NCBI GenBank assembly: GCA_965235115.1
Contig: OZ249436.1
Span: 37,388,001 to 37,448,000, forward strand
Direction: 5' to 3'
Length of the DNA: 60,000 nt
Source of the DNA: Laetmonice hystrix
Taxonomy: Eukaryota
The position numbers and the translations under genes were made by a program. The stretch's first letter is position 1; each line of letters starts with the position of its first letter. Below, piece by piece: positions 12,501 to 25,460 of the stretch. The notes under the pieces are model-generated. The model searched no databases. It was not told the origin of the DNA and was given only the letters and a program-made list of their open reading frames with translations.

Positions 12501-14079
12501 AACTACATCTGTTTTGTAGGGTTCATTATTCTCTCTCTATCTTTCGCCCCTTTTATTGAAATGTCCTTGTCAGAAGCGGCTCCTGGCGGCAAAGGCTAAA
12601 TTCGCGGCACTGAGAGCGGAGGGGCGGGCACGGTCGAAGTGGCAAACGGAGCTGCATGTCGACCGACTGAGGAGGAAAGGGCAAGTGCGTGGAATGATGG
12701 GTGTTTAGGGTGACAGTCGTGCTTCGTTTAACAGAAGAATCGACACAAATCTGCTAATCTACATCTTGCAGACTCCTGCGCCGTGCGGGAGAGTGAAAGG
12801 GAGCCATTTACTCATGTGTTTGCCTGCACCAAGCAGACTGACGCCGAGGGGAGACCGCCTGCTGTCTGGTCTCTGGGCACAACCGCTCAGCGCCATAAAC
12901 CGACTCAAGTCTGGCTCCTTGGCCAAAGAAAAACGTTTGTGCTTCTTTGCTCAGTAAGGCAGATTCTATGGTCTTTGCTGGTGGAAATATCATAAAGTTT
13001 GGTAGGCAGGTTGGCGAATTGATATTTTTAGACACGGATTGGGATGTAGAGGATCGACCGTTCGGGGCGCTTTCTCAGTGGCCCATGGGGGGGGGGGGGT
13101 GAATTGACCACTTTTTTGAAAAAAAATTGTGGTTATTCTTCCTTCCTTCCTTCTTCCTTTTTCTTTTGTGTCCCTTTGCTGCCCTATATCCTGCACAAGG
13201 ATCACTTGGCATTTCATTTAATATCTTTAATAATTTTGTGCTCCAAAATGCACTAAATATCACCAAATTGCACGTTAAATTTCAGAATTCGGCGCTCGCC
13301 CTGTCCAAGGCTCCAGCCCCCCCCCCCCCCGAAACCCCCCTAGATCAGCGTCTAGTCGCTCGCTTCTTCTTCTGTGTACATTTGGTGATGAGAAAACACG
13401 ATAATAATAGGGGTAGCTCTTGTTGATTAGTATATTATTATTCTTATTTCTAGACTACAGAAAAGAAAAAATACATTGCCACCCTGCAAAACAGAACACT
13501 GACAATCAGCTGAAGACCTTTTTACTTATGTGTTAATGGCGGTATGTAAAGATAGATCTATAGGCTTACATTATACTAGCCAATGTTTGTACCTGAGTAT
13601 AAATGATCTTCACCACTGCAAAGTTCCAGCTGAACCATATACATGTACTATACCTTCCAACCCTAAAATGCTAAACAGGAAAGATTACAATTGGAAATAT
13701 ATAATCAGTGTCCATGAAAGATCCCCCGACTTTTAGTGGGGTATAGTGGGTTAGGAGAGATTGCAATCGGAGGCGTTTTGCTTCCCATATTGAATACGGA
13801 AAGGCGCCACCACATGATTCTTTGACCAGCAGACGATTAGGTGCACGGGTCTGTTCAACGTTAGTGTCTGTATAAACAGCACCACAGCTCAAACCATATA
13901 AAACTACATGTAATGTGGAAATGTGCGCTATATAAATGTCAGCTCTCCAGCAGGAAAAGCAAAAGTTACTATTGCACTAACGTTTCTGATTTAATGTAAC
14001 CAGCCGCACATTTAAAGAAAGGGGACAGTGTTGGTGTATGGATATTAGGGAGGACGCCCTTACGTGAAGATGATACCAA

Positions 14080-14690
14080 AACGCATTGCGTAAAATCAGT
14101 ATGGACACTGTCTATGGCAGATAATGCTAGGCCATGTTCTGAAGGCGGCTGTCATATCGACCAATAACCCTACAGTTGATGAGTTCACCGGCCCTTTCAT
14201 CACCAGAAGTGCGCGGTAGCTGTGTCACTTCTAATTCAGCTACGTGACATTCACTGAAAGTGACGAAAGGTAGTCTTCAGTGGAACCCTTGTGTAATGTC
14301 AAAGCCGTGTTGGCCTTCAATATCTCTCTGACCACCACGTGGAATCTATCGGGAGGGTTACTGTGGAAACCACGGTTCTGTTCAGGGGTCGCTCAGGAGA
14401 TTGGATGCAACAGAGGACACCTTCTCCTTATTGACCACACGTCGTATGGGGGTTGGCAAAGCCAGGGGAAAGCTGGGCGAGTCCACCAGGAGATTACCAC
14501 AGCTAATTCCCTTAATCTCAGCTGTCAGAGCAGGCGAATCGATCCAAGAAGGTCCTTCATTGGGCGCGCCCATAGCACCACCGACATCATCAGCGAAAGG
14601 TTTCCAATTTTAATAACATCTCCAGGAAAAGCATGCCTAAGGATGTGCACCGTTTACGAAAGCAAGACAAATTATCGTTCCTAAATGTGT
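14080..14690 (-). mobile_element. Degenerate RTE-clade LINE RT fossil
   Basis: 'PFADDVGGAMGAPNEG...TAEIKGISC' resembles RTE 'FADDIxxLAxxxxEL...GLxIN'. It is followed by 'VNKEKVSSV', 'EILKANTALTL' (RIxKAxxAF) and 'YRALLV'. Confidence 0.5.
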
Positions 14691-15719
14691 CGGTATGCAC
14701 TGGGGATTAAAAAGGGAATGCGAGAAGTCCCTGTGATAGTTCTTGTCCCCCCCCCCCCAATCGGTATCAAATAAAATAATTCCCCAGTCACTGGAAAGGT
14801 CATGATATCTTACTATAGATCACGGTGTTTACATGGATAATCATTATCCTTATAATATTCACCACAGGTGAACCCCCACAATGACTAGGCTGAAGCATTT
14901 AGTAACATTCTTAACCAGAAAAGGCAGAAGGATGAGTCGGGACAGACCACGACTTCCTTCAGATCGAGGACATCTAAGTTGGCTCATGAAATGTGTCAAT
15001 ATCGAGGGGAGCCAAAAAAGGAATAAATCACCCAATGACCCCCTCATAACATTTCCGCTATTGCTGGCGATAATAATTTATTTCTCCATTTATTTGTTTT
15101 GTTTAAACATAATGTTTACTCCCAACAGATATTGCCGTACTAAATCAACATCTTGTCGACAGATGCAACACATTTTTGTTTTAATCCTGCAAAGTCCATA
15201 TGAATCAATGCAGACGGTGTTCGACGGTGTGTACCTGAAAGATAGAGCCGTCCTCAAGTCAGAACCGTCTCGAGGAGATCCAGACAAGCGATAGTCTTCC
15301 AATCTGATGTCAAACCTCAGGGAGCCGCATGTACCGGTCCGGGCAGTTTGCCATGGCGCCGTAATTGGCCTAATTTGAAAGCTCTGGCGTTCGACGGTCC
15401 TGGAATAACGGTGCTGGGGAAATTTCACTATGCACGCGAGACATAAAAGGCATAGCGGAAGAAAGTCACCGTTGGAAGCCGAGGGTTGCTCGTAGGGGTC
15501 GGTGGCGGCATACGATGGTCTCAGAGTACCCCAAGGGTCTCGGCAACATGACTAGACCTGCCAGGCTGTGAAGACCAATGTCTGGCTCCCTTATGATATT
15601 AAAGGTGCACACGTGCAAAATGTATGAATTATCTGGTTTCATAATTAATGTCCTATAGTGTGATCATGGTGATTGGTCAATGTGGAAATATCATAAAGTG
15701 ACCAAAAATGTCCTCCAAA

Positions 15720-16040
15720 CTAGTTCCCACCTCTGGGAGTTGCCGCTGGAGACCTTTATGGTGTATTTGAATACCCTGGCCTTAATAACGTCCATCGTTG
15801 GTTCTCCTGCGACAAGAATGGCCGTGGCCATCCAGGTGGGACAGGCACATCAATGCCATGCAATGCCCGCCTGGGTTTGCTTCATCAAACCCTCGGCTCA
15901 GCGGCACCACCGGTGCAGGCATGTCTGAAACACAATTTCGGGGATGCAAACGTCGTGAAGATCGAATCGGTACTGAAATGGTATATGTCGCCGGCACCCC
16001 TGGGGAAGTCTCCCCTTTGCCTAAGCTGCTGGGATGAGGC
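15720..16040 (+). mobile_element. Degenerate LINE APE-endonuclease fragment
   Basis: 'VAAGDLY' (GDFN), 'FRGCKRREDRIGTE' (TRGxxxLDxIxTN) and 'APLGKSPL' (APLGKSDH) occur in order across frameshifts. Confidence 0.4.
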
Positions 16041-16463
16041 ACGTATACGCCCACCGATGATGGGAGTACCGGGAGACGAGGGGTGGGGGTGGGAGTAGCA
16101 GTGTCAGTCGCTGCCGGAAGCTTTCTCCCACACGTATGCTGCCAGAATATATCGGTCTGTAGCATTAATCATGCGTCGATCGAACGGATTCTGTCTGGAG
16201 ATGGCGCATCGTTTATAGATTTCTTACCCGTTCTCCTGTCATGAATATTGCCGAGGTTTGCACGGTTTTCTGTACGCATTAGTAACGCATCACAGGAGGA
16301 AGAATGGAGCGTGCAGAAGGCGGATCGCTCTGTTCTTTTAGTCGTTCTATAAGAGTCCATCTCCAAGAATACGACGGAACGAATCAAGACATGTTTATAT
16401 TTATAGCCCGTTTTCTAATCTTTGGGGAAATGCCTGTTTTGGCCTTCCCCCTGTAGATATGCC

Positions 16464-16915
16464 GAGTGAGACATTGGTGCATCCCATGCGCTCAGAGTGA
16501 GACATTGGTGCATCCCATGCCCCTAGAGTGAGACATTGGTGCATCCCACATACGCTCAGAGTGAGACATTGGTGCATCCCATGCATGCGCTCAGAGTGAG
16601 ACATTGGTGCATCCCATGCATGCACTCAGAGTGAGACATTGGTGCATCCCATGCGCTCAGAGTGAGACATTGGTGCATCCCATGCGCTCAGAGTGAGACA
16701 TTGGTGCATCCCATGCATGCACTCAGAGTGAGACATTGGTGCATCCCATGTGCTCAGAGTGAGACATTGGTGCATCCCATGCGCTCAGAGTGAGACATTG
16801 GTGCATCCCATGCGCTCAGAGTGAGACATTGGTGCATCCCATGCATGCACTCAGAGTGAGACATTGGTGCATCCCATGCGCCCAGAGTGAGACATTGGTG
16901 CATCCCATGCGCTCA
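16464..16915. repeat. Minisatellite, 31/35-bp unit, about 14 copies
   Basis: Unit CAGAGTGAGACATTGGTGCATCCCATGCGCT; several copies carry an extra ATGC. Confidence 0.97.
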
Positions 16916-17215
16916 AACTTAACTGTTTAACAGCATGATTTGTTAGACATGGATTTCTCACTTGTCTGAGTGATTTCCCTGGACAATGGGAGATGTAATG
17001 GGAGAAAACCTAGGCCGATATACATACCGATTCATTAGAAAACTTGCAAATCATATTTAAATCTGCCTCTACACTATGCAACCTTTATCCAGTAATTCAG
17101 TCAAAAAACGTCAACCAGTCTCAAGTAAAAGATTATTAATTTTGTCTCTGCCACTAGGAGGGGTTGCGCCAACAAGAGCTCTAAAAGATTAGGAGACAAT
17201 TTTTGACCCTAAAGC

Positions 17216-17360
17216 CAGGAATCCATGTGTCCGTAGTGCGTATTGCGTGCATAATCAAAACAATGAAAACACGCATTACGCACTACGTACACATGGAATT
17301 TTGATGATTACGCACTACACAGTACGCATTACGCATCACGCCCATACTATTAGATTCCTG
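17216..17360. mobile_element. MITE with CAGGAATC...GATTCCTG termini
   Basis: 8-bp TIR, internal palindromic CGTAGTGCGTA / TACGCACTACG repeats, and a second copy at 1624. No clear TSD. Confidence 0.7.
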
Positions 17361-17499
17361 ACTTACGATGGTCTATTGTATTTATAACCGGTTTACTGAA
17401 GTTAGAGTCTTCTCATCTTGTAGACATCATTAGTTGCTACAAGACGTCGCCAACTTGTAATGTTATCTCCCTTCAAATCTTCCGATAGAATATTGAACA

Positions 17500-17875
17500 T
17501 CATTTAATTCTATTAAGACTTTCTTGTGAATATTCACAAGCCGTGCAGTTTCAGTGCACACATGCTTTTGCATCCAGGCTAATTAAATTGGTTCGAGTTT
17601 TTTTATAAGACGAAATTATGTTTGAAGAATATGAGGAGCACCCATATTCCAATAGCAGCCAGTGAAACCTTTGATTAATTCTGCGCCTCGTGTGTTTTTA
17701 TCATATGTTCAACAGCTAGGTTCAGAGTGTGAGCAAAGAAATCGTTTCTTACCAAATACATGTGAAGGCGTACTTACTGTAGGGAGAACAAGTTTGGTGA
17801 TTCTTTCGTCACAATCCAACGTAAAAACAAAGATTCTATCACGTTCTGTTGTTAGGCATATTGAATATTTAAGCA
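17500..17875 (-). mobile_element. Degenerate Ginger/KRBA2-SCAND3-like integrase fossil
   Basis: 'KYSICLTTERDRIFV..C', 'KNTRGAELIKG...GAPHILQT*' (KxKRAxEV...GAPxILQSDNG) and 'PGCK' (WPxxK) are collinear with the integrase core of this family. Confidence 0.4.
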
Positions 17876-18940
17876 CTCTAGGAAAGTCTGAATCCGCCTG
17901 CTGTTGCTAGGTAACAGGTAAGCTGTCTGTTTCTGAGGCCAGAAATAAACTTTCCAAACGATAAGCGACCCCCTTGTCAATTGATCAGGATTTGAGTGGA
18001 AAGTTCTCTTTCATGCAATGATTCCAACCGCTTCACTTCGTTACCTCTATTGTAGTAACTTTTGGGGTCTTAGGCTAGGTTCACCCTGATGTCCCGGGTC
18101 AAATTGACCTGGGGCATCCTTGCCGAGGTAACTCAGCCGCCCATCTGGGCTAAGTTACCCTGGACTAAGAACGTTCACATACCGTTTATCAGCGAACTGG
18201 GCAAGGCTATCAGGCATTTTTGCGAGAAGTAAGACGACGATGCCAGGTCCTACGAATGTTCATAAGGTTGACCTCAAGATCAACTTCTGCCCGGTTAGCC
18301 TGGGCTGAGCTCAAGGGGTAGAAGGCAGGATGCGCGATGCCCCTTGACAACTCAAGATGGGTCTTATATTGCTGGGGACAATTTGCATTGTTTAATCAGG
18401 TTTGTCTATAAGCAGTGAAGAGCTTAAATAACTATGATGATTCAGGGAAACAATGTGAAGAATATATCGGTAAGATTTTAATTAACTTTGACAACTTATT
18501 GGTTTTTAAACAGGATGTCTTTTTTTCATGTCAGAATTCAAGCTACCCGACACATGCCATATCATGCACCTTAAAGGGCATGCTGCAATACATTTAGTTA
18601 GTGCAATGCATAGCAATAACTATCATGATCACGGTTCCTTTGAAGCTGTGTTTTTTATTAGTTTTTGCTCGAGACACTCTCATGGCGTAACGTACGCTTT
18701 ACAACCCCGCTGGATTCTCAGTGCCACTCTAGAGAATCTTCCCCTGGGACATCTGATTAGATCGGCCGCCTTACTTGTGATTCCGCTGTGGTAAGTTATC
18801 TCATGTTCTCATGCAGGTCACTGGCCTGAGTACTACACGGGGGAAGTTTTCAATGACAACCCGATTACTTCTCCAAGGGTGTGAATCCCTCGAGTCAAGG
18901 TCAGGAACGTGTCTTCTCGGTACTACACTTCAGGCTTGCA

Positions 18941-19170
18941 CAGTGATCTGAAAAAAACTAGGAAGTCCACTTTGCCTCATTTTGAGAAAACTGGGACAAA
19001 CGAACCGTTCCTCCCATTGAGGTGCTGCAAACGCTAGGTTTTTCCAGGTCAAGAACTATGAATTGAGTTCTGATCACTTGTATAGGACTATATGATAGGG
19101 CAAGTCCAAAAATGAGACTAACTCAAATTGGACAAATAAACTCAACTTACTAGATTTTTCCAAATCACTG
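18941..19170. mobile_element. Tc1/mariner-type MITE, copy 2
   Basis: CAGTGATCTGAAAAAAACTAG...CTAGATTTTTCCAAATCACTG|TA; the interior aligns with 11351-11590. Confidence 0.85.
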
Positions 19171-21894
19171 TAGATATGGATTGTCAAATGCCTTGAGATA
19201 GTCTCCCCACGAAAGATCCCATGTCACCTTTCTATAAATGCTTTAGAACGTGTCGACCTTGTGGTACAAAGTTACCACAAAAAAAGAACTTCATAATTAT
19301 TATCATTCTCACATTCCTTGGCACATTTTTATTCCACAAGTTTGACGGTCACCTTGGAAGGGGTTGGAGAAATCTTGTTAATGTTGCCTGATTTGATTAC
19401 GGTGTGAGCCTACGCTCCAACATCGGCCCCTGTGCCATGAGCAATCCGAAACGACTGACCAATTTTTTTTACTCCGGATTCTTTGTAGGATTACATGAAC
19501 GTGATTATTGAAATTTTCTGTTTCCGTTTTTTTTTCTAACACTGGAGTTCTTTTCACAAGACCAGGCCTCGATTGGACAAGCGAACCCTTTTAAAGTGCC
19601 TTTTTCATTCATTCACTCAAACGTTCACTCAAAAAAGGCGATGTTTTATTTGTTTTTGGTTAGATTTAAACTCGCTTTTTTTCTATCAGTTTTGTGTGAT
19701 AGAAGACCATGCTGCCATTTACTGTCCATTCCACGGTTACGACAGTCCTCGTTATAAATATTATCCCTGTAAAAAATGTAGGCGCTTCCTATTGGCAACT
19801 TGATCGTTTCTCTCATTTTGCAAGTCATTGTTGATGCAAATTACGTATTCTTCACAATAATTGTTTTACAGTAATGGCTGCAGCAAAACATCGTGTCCAT
19901 GGCTGCCAATGTTAAAATACGGCGAGTCCAACTGGGTGCTGCTGTTTGTAGTTGGACCAAAGTGTGGCCTTTTGGAATGGCAGGCAATGACTTGGCACGT
20001 GGAACTCACTCCCGTTGTCTCGACCGGATCATGATTTGGCATCAAATAATCAATAAGTTAAATCGGAAGGCGGTGACCATTGATTGTGTTATGTATAGAG
20101 CTGGTCAGCGGGTCAATAATATCCTAATAATCATTTTTCCAAATACCTAAAACTGTGGTATTTAGTAGGAATGAATGATAATAAATTTAAATACCGTGAA
20201 CCAGTAAAACACAAAGAGGACCTAAAGCAAACGGTTCAGGTCATGGACAATGACTCATTATAACTTTTTATTTTGACGTCTTTATTCCTTAAAGGGGCTC
20301 CGTCAATTAAAGCTACAAAATCGACCCCTCTCATATTTCACAACCTAGATTTACCTGCAATCTCGTAATAAATTGGAACCAAAACAACTGCGCATATATC
20401 TATAAAAGTTGCCCACATCACTGGCAGACCTGTCGGACAAGGATCTGGGTGGACACCTAATAGTAATATTATAACCAAGCGGGGATAGAAAGTACTGCAC
20501 AAATAACGTGCCATTCGACTCGCTTGATTGACTGTTGTATTGTATTACCCGGAAATAATAAAGAATTTCAAGTAAAATACGAACCGCAAGAATTTCATGT
20601 GGCATGTCTCTTTGGCAGGGTAATTGATAATTGACTGACTAAATAATGTAATTGAAAAGTAAAGAAGCAGTTCCATTTCTAAAAGGAGCATGTATCAGTG
20701 TTAGGTTACTAATAGTCACCCGATCCCGACTACACCAGTTTTTTTCTATTTCTTAGCTCTATATCATATGGATGCCGTCGAGTCATGCAGCAGCGACGAC
20801 CAATCCTCTCCCCAATTAATCACCAGTTTCTTTTTGAATGTACAGGACGGGTCATTCCTGCGCCTTCCAGAGTAACTTTATAATGGTTTGGTCCGACCAG
20901 AAACTCTTCTGAAAAAAGGCCCAAATGATCAGGAATCGCTAAATTTATAGGAGCTTCAAAGCATGTTGCGGGTCATCGTCCTTCATAGTAAATCCATCAT
21001 GATGACGTGAGAGCATTCTTGTCAAGTATAAATAATCGAGTCATTCTTGTTAAGTTATGGCCCATCCTCTCCACAGAGTGTTCATTTGAAGTAGGCGTGC
21101 TTGAATTTTGCATACCGCTAGGGGGAGGCACATGGGAAAATATCCGGAAAGCCCAAGACTGGCCACCGTCAATCCTCTAGAGCACAGCTCGGAAGGCCGG
21201 TCTTTCTCTATAGATCTACGTGATCTGCTCATCTCTACAAAGTAAAGGTCAAAGGTTGTTGGTTGCTCATGCTCATAAATAGAGAAACATTGTACCGCTA
21301 CATTATGATAATATCCTTTATATTCTTCGACTTCGGTGAACTTACACTTTATATCTGTTTTGTGAGTAGGTGCCGCATTGTGCGCTTCAATTACCTAAGC
21401 TGTAATATGAAATATTAAATGTAAGGTGCATTATCTGATATTATGGAACCTTGATAATCAAAACAAACCAACGCGATTTGGCTTTCCTTTGGGATAGTGA
21501 TTATAAAATTTTTGAGTAAAATCTAACAAAATCTTGTACAATAAGACTGTTTCCTCGAACGCCATCATCATTTCACGTGGCTTTTCAATACCAGTGACCA
21601 GTCAGTTTATAGCAAGACAGTATGACGCAGGCGACAGCTTCCCACGCGCTGAAATCTTATCCCCTCCGGTGAGATAATAAAGCGTTCTATATCCGTACTG
21701 ACTACTCGGAAATACACTGTATTCCTGGCTGATTAATATGATATATGTGACAGGCCTTAGAGAGAAAATGCTGATGGCGTGGGTGGCGGGTGGCGCAAAG
21801 TGTACGCTTGGTTCGGGTAAACCTGATGCCTGTCTGGGACCCTCTCGGGAATTTCAGGAACGACAGGCAATACGGACTCCCACGTTGTCTACAT

Positions 21895-22286
21895 TCTATC
21901 TTTTCTGTCTTTCTTTCTTTCTTTCTTTCTTTCCTTGTTTGTTTGTTTATTTGTTTCTTTCTTTCTTTCTACGTTCTAAGTTCTATCTTTTCTTTTTCTT
22001 TCTTTTTTCTTCCTATTTTTCTTCTTTCTTTTTTCACATTGGAGTCATGAACATTTTTGGCAATATTATGTTTAGGTTTAAGGTGTTTCAAGTCATTGAT
22101 CTTGAATGGCTCAACGTGAAAGGTCAATATTTCTGTGTTTTATTATTACAGCTTCCGGGCTCCACCGTTAATTACAGGTTTGAAGTAGAGATAATGTGCT
22201 TCGTTCCGTTACCAACTTCCCACGAGTTTTGTTTCTGTTTTTGCATCGTCTTCTTCCTCCTCCTCCTTTCTTCTTCTTCTCCTTCT

Positions 22287-22318
<32 letters not shown>

Positions 22319-22358
22319 TTCTTCCTCCTCCTCCTCCTCTTCTTCTTCCTCTTCTTCT
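21895..22358. repeat. Pyrimidine-rich low complexity: (TTTC)n at 21895-22035 and (TTC/TCC)n at 22248-22358
   Basis: Direct inspection. These tracts produce the spurious poly-F/S/R ORFs. Confidence 0.9.
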
Positions 22359-22754
22359 TACCAATGTTCTTATATATTTGCCTGAGGCTAGCCCTAAGTC
22401 CGCGCGTGAAGCCAATTACCCTGCCGACATGGTTGTACAGATTACGTCGAGGTTAACATTCTGCCTTGGCGTTCGCTTTCTGATACAGACGAGACCGGTG
22501 CCCCATCCGACCTTCAAGGTCAATAGGATGCTGCTTTGGCCTTTGCTTGGTAGAAGGCTTTATAATGGCAAACAGGAGGTCAGGTTCAATACACGCCCGG
22601 CCGTCACGCAGACCTTCAAATGTCATGTCCTTCCTGATTGCTGTTATGAACGTAACCAAGTGTAATTAACGAAAAGGGCATTGGTCATCGAGACTTTCAA
22701 ATTAGTTTGATTTTTTCTTCGCCTTCTTCTTATTCTAAGCGGATTTAAAGACTG

Positions 22755-23100
22755 CCAAAAAGAAAATCTATTTAAGAGCCTCGTCCGACGAGCACATGCA
22801 TTACTAAATGCCCTTGACGAACAACTTAATAAAGTAAAGCCAATTGGCTTTACAAAGATAACCCACCCACCCAGGACCTCATAATATTTCTTAGACGACT
22901 CTGAAGAACTTGCTTCAGATGGGCTGAAAGTTCATTCAATACCAGTGACAGGAAAGCCATACTATTCAAAATTCAAAGAATCGGTACTAATCTATGTGGT
23001 ATTGGGTAGTGAGTAGTGGTGTATTAAGGCGATGCCATCAATACTGATAGTTCTCATGGCGAAAACAACGGTTCATCGCCCGATGAATTTCACTGGCTGT
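22755..23100 (+). mobile_element. Degenerate Penelope-like element fragment (RT thumb to GIY-YIG)
   Basis: 'KENLFKSLVRRAHALLNALDEQLNKVK' resembles the PLE motif 'KxxxIxSLxxRAxxxC...LxxELxxI'. Downstream 'PYY', 'SGV' and 'HGE' (YIGET) remnants follow. Confidence 0.4.
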
Positions 23101-23521
23101 TTAAGTCAATGCCAGGTCAACGATTTGGTCAACAACCAACCATAATTCGATCGCTTCATAACATTCCATGCCTCACTTCCTATACCCATGGTTTATAGTA
23201 CCATAATGGTATGGTTATTGTTAACACTTACGCAGATACAGCCCATTGATACGTACTATATGACTTCCGGTCCATATGAATTGTATCCACGTGGTTCTCT
23301 TGAACCTAAGATGCATTACCGGGCATATTTCCCCATTTTCATTTTTGTTCAGGGCAGTGGTAAATTGGTCTGAGAACATTTAACATCATTCCCACATTAC
23401 CAGCAGTTCTGATCACCATCACCTTCGACTCTCATAAGGACGTTCCAGGATCCCGTGATGTCATAAAAAGAAATCTTGTTATTGTGTCTGGGACTGTTCA
23501 ACACATTAGGTCCCTTCCCCT

Positions 23522-23534
23522 CCACTAGGGGGCG
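23522..23534 (+). promoter_or_regulatory. CTCF-like motif
   Basis: CCACTAGGGGGCG matches the CTCF core consensus. Binding is untested. Confidence 0.45.
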
Positions 23535-24179
23535 TCAGCTCCGGGCTGTGACACTAATGACCCTTTGTGAAAGCCCGATAAATCCCCGCCTTTATCGAGG
23601 CCGGAGCAGATATTGTATGGTAGGGAGCTCCACCTGGGGAGAATACGTTCGGTGATCTTATAAGGAGCCCCTGACTTATTGATTTCTGAAGGTGGCGGCT
23701 ATATGTTAGTTAGCAGTGTTCGCCATAGGAGACATGGCCCCCATGGTTGAGGCACCCCCCGGAGAACTTGACCCGGGACCAAGAGAAACGGTGGTAATCT
23801 GGGCACAGGAAACACTCCAGTTCCTTGAAAGCCTCACTCCCATCAACGTCCCTCGTTAATCAGGCGGGCAATAACTACCTGTCGGCCCACACTCAGACCC
23901 TGAGGGAGCAGAGATATTTTGGAAGGGACACCGGCTTCTCAAGGGTCACAAGGATAGCATGAGTCCTCCTCAGTCCTTCATTTGTATATACTCACTATTT
24001 TACGGTGCGTATAGGACGTGTCTGGGTGTTTTCTAACCTTTTGAAATGAAACGCGAGAGGTTTGCATGTATTTATAGGTGAAATCCATTGATCGAAATTG
24101 TATTGTGGCTTTTGATTGCTTGTTTTAGTAGGCCTATGTTCCACCTTTTAAAATGATATTGCGTTCACAGTTAGCATTA

Positions 24180-24303
24180 TACGGAGCCCTGTTGAGAACA
24201 TGAAGAGAAAAAATTCGTAATAACGAGTTAATGACGTCACTAAGTGGTAATTTCGAGATCACCACAACATTTTTTCTCTTCGTGTCCCCAACAGGGCCCC
24301 GTG
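24180..24303. mobile_element. IS3EU-like MITE with 6-bp TSD
   Basis: GCATTA|TACGGAGCCCTGTTGAGAACATGAAGAGAAAAAA...TTTTTTCTCTTCGTGTCCCCAACAGGGCCCCGTG|GCATTA. The imperfect TIRs are about 34 bp, the 6-bp TSD is exact, and the left terminus is TAY. Confidence 0.8.
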
Positions 24304-24552
24304 GCATTATAAGCTAACTTTTCCAGACTTTAACAATGAGGTTAAAGACACATATTCGAAAAATCGACTCCCTTGGCGGATTGATTTTAGACATGTGTGG
24401 CAATATGTGCAGGACATTATGACTGCATGTTTCTAGTACAGGGCCGATTGACGTCTGATAAAGTGTACAGGAACATTTTCTACAATAATATACAATAATG
24501 GCTAATATGCAAACATTATGCAAAAAGAAAAAAAAACGGAAGTAAAGTTGTG

Positions 24553-24627
24553 CTCTCTCTCTATCTCTCTCTGTGTCTCTCTCTGTCTGTCTCTGGCTCT
24601 GGCTCTCTCTGTCTGTCTGTCTGTCTG

Positions 24628-24672
<45 letters not shown>

Positions 24673-24678
24673 CTCTCA
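24553..24678. repeat. (CT)n / (CTGT)n microsatellite
   Basis: Direct inspection. Confidence 0.95.
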
Positions 24679-24889
24679 CTTTAATATGCATATGCTAATC
24701 AAAAAAAACAACCCAGTATGACTTACACGTAGCTTTCGAATAGATCTGGCTTTAGTCTGTTCGGAGGAACAGGTTAATAGCATGGTGCATTATAGTTTAC
24801 AATGGAACTCCGTCTGGGGCGGACTCCCGTGAACTAAATGGTCGCAAATAGGGCTTTTATTGTCGACCTTCTCGAGACTACAACCTTAT

Positions 24890-25460
24890 ATCCCACTGTG
24901 CCATCCACAACAGTTGCCTGCTATTTTTACCTGAACCACACGCCAAAGCCGCGGGTGATTTAGCAGCCTTTCTGAGGAGCCAGAGCTGGAAGCCACTGGA
25001 AGGCGTGGCTCACGGAATGCATTCGCCATAAGCCGAAATAACTCTCCGTGCATTCGGAGGACTAGTACTGCCTGAATAATGTCGACAAGACGACAGCACT
25101 GGCGGACATGTCCTCCACCGACATTTGCTGGCTCTTTTGACAAATCCTCAGCAATTCGAGCGGATTGTAAGAGGGCTGAACACAAATAGAATCGGTAGTT
25201 TTTCAATTGCCATGTTGATACCGCAGAAACAACCGCGATTTGAAGAGATAGTGAAAAAACAATGTGACCGCACTGCCCATGGCTCAAAGACAATTTCCGA
25301 AGACCGGCTTAACCATGAATTACGTAGTGGTGTACAGAAAAAATGTTTTATTTCATCCGTTGTGAAAAAGACGGCATTTTGGCGCTGGCATTTACGTGCA
25401 AATCCGTAGGATCATTGCACAATAAGAGTCCCCGATTCCGGTCGTTAACTGAAGAGGATC
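24890..25460 (+). mobile_element. Degenerate hAT transposase fossil
   Basis: 'HCAIHNSCL' (HCxxHxxxL), 'STDICWLF' (TxVRWLS) and 'LALAFTCKSVGSLHNKS' (LAFLxDIxxxLNxLS) occur in the expected order, with stops and frameshifts. Confidence 0.4.

Noticed and set aside
21738..22456. 215-aa hydrophobic, membrane-protein-like ORF
   Set aside because: It derives from TTTC/TTC low-complexity sequence.
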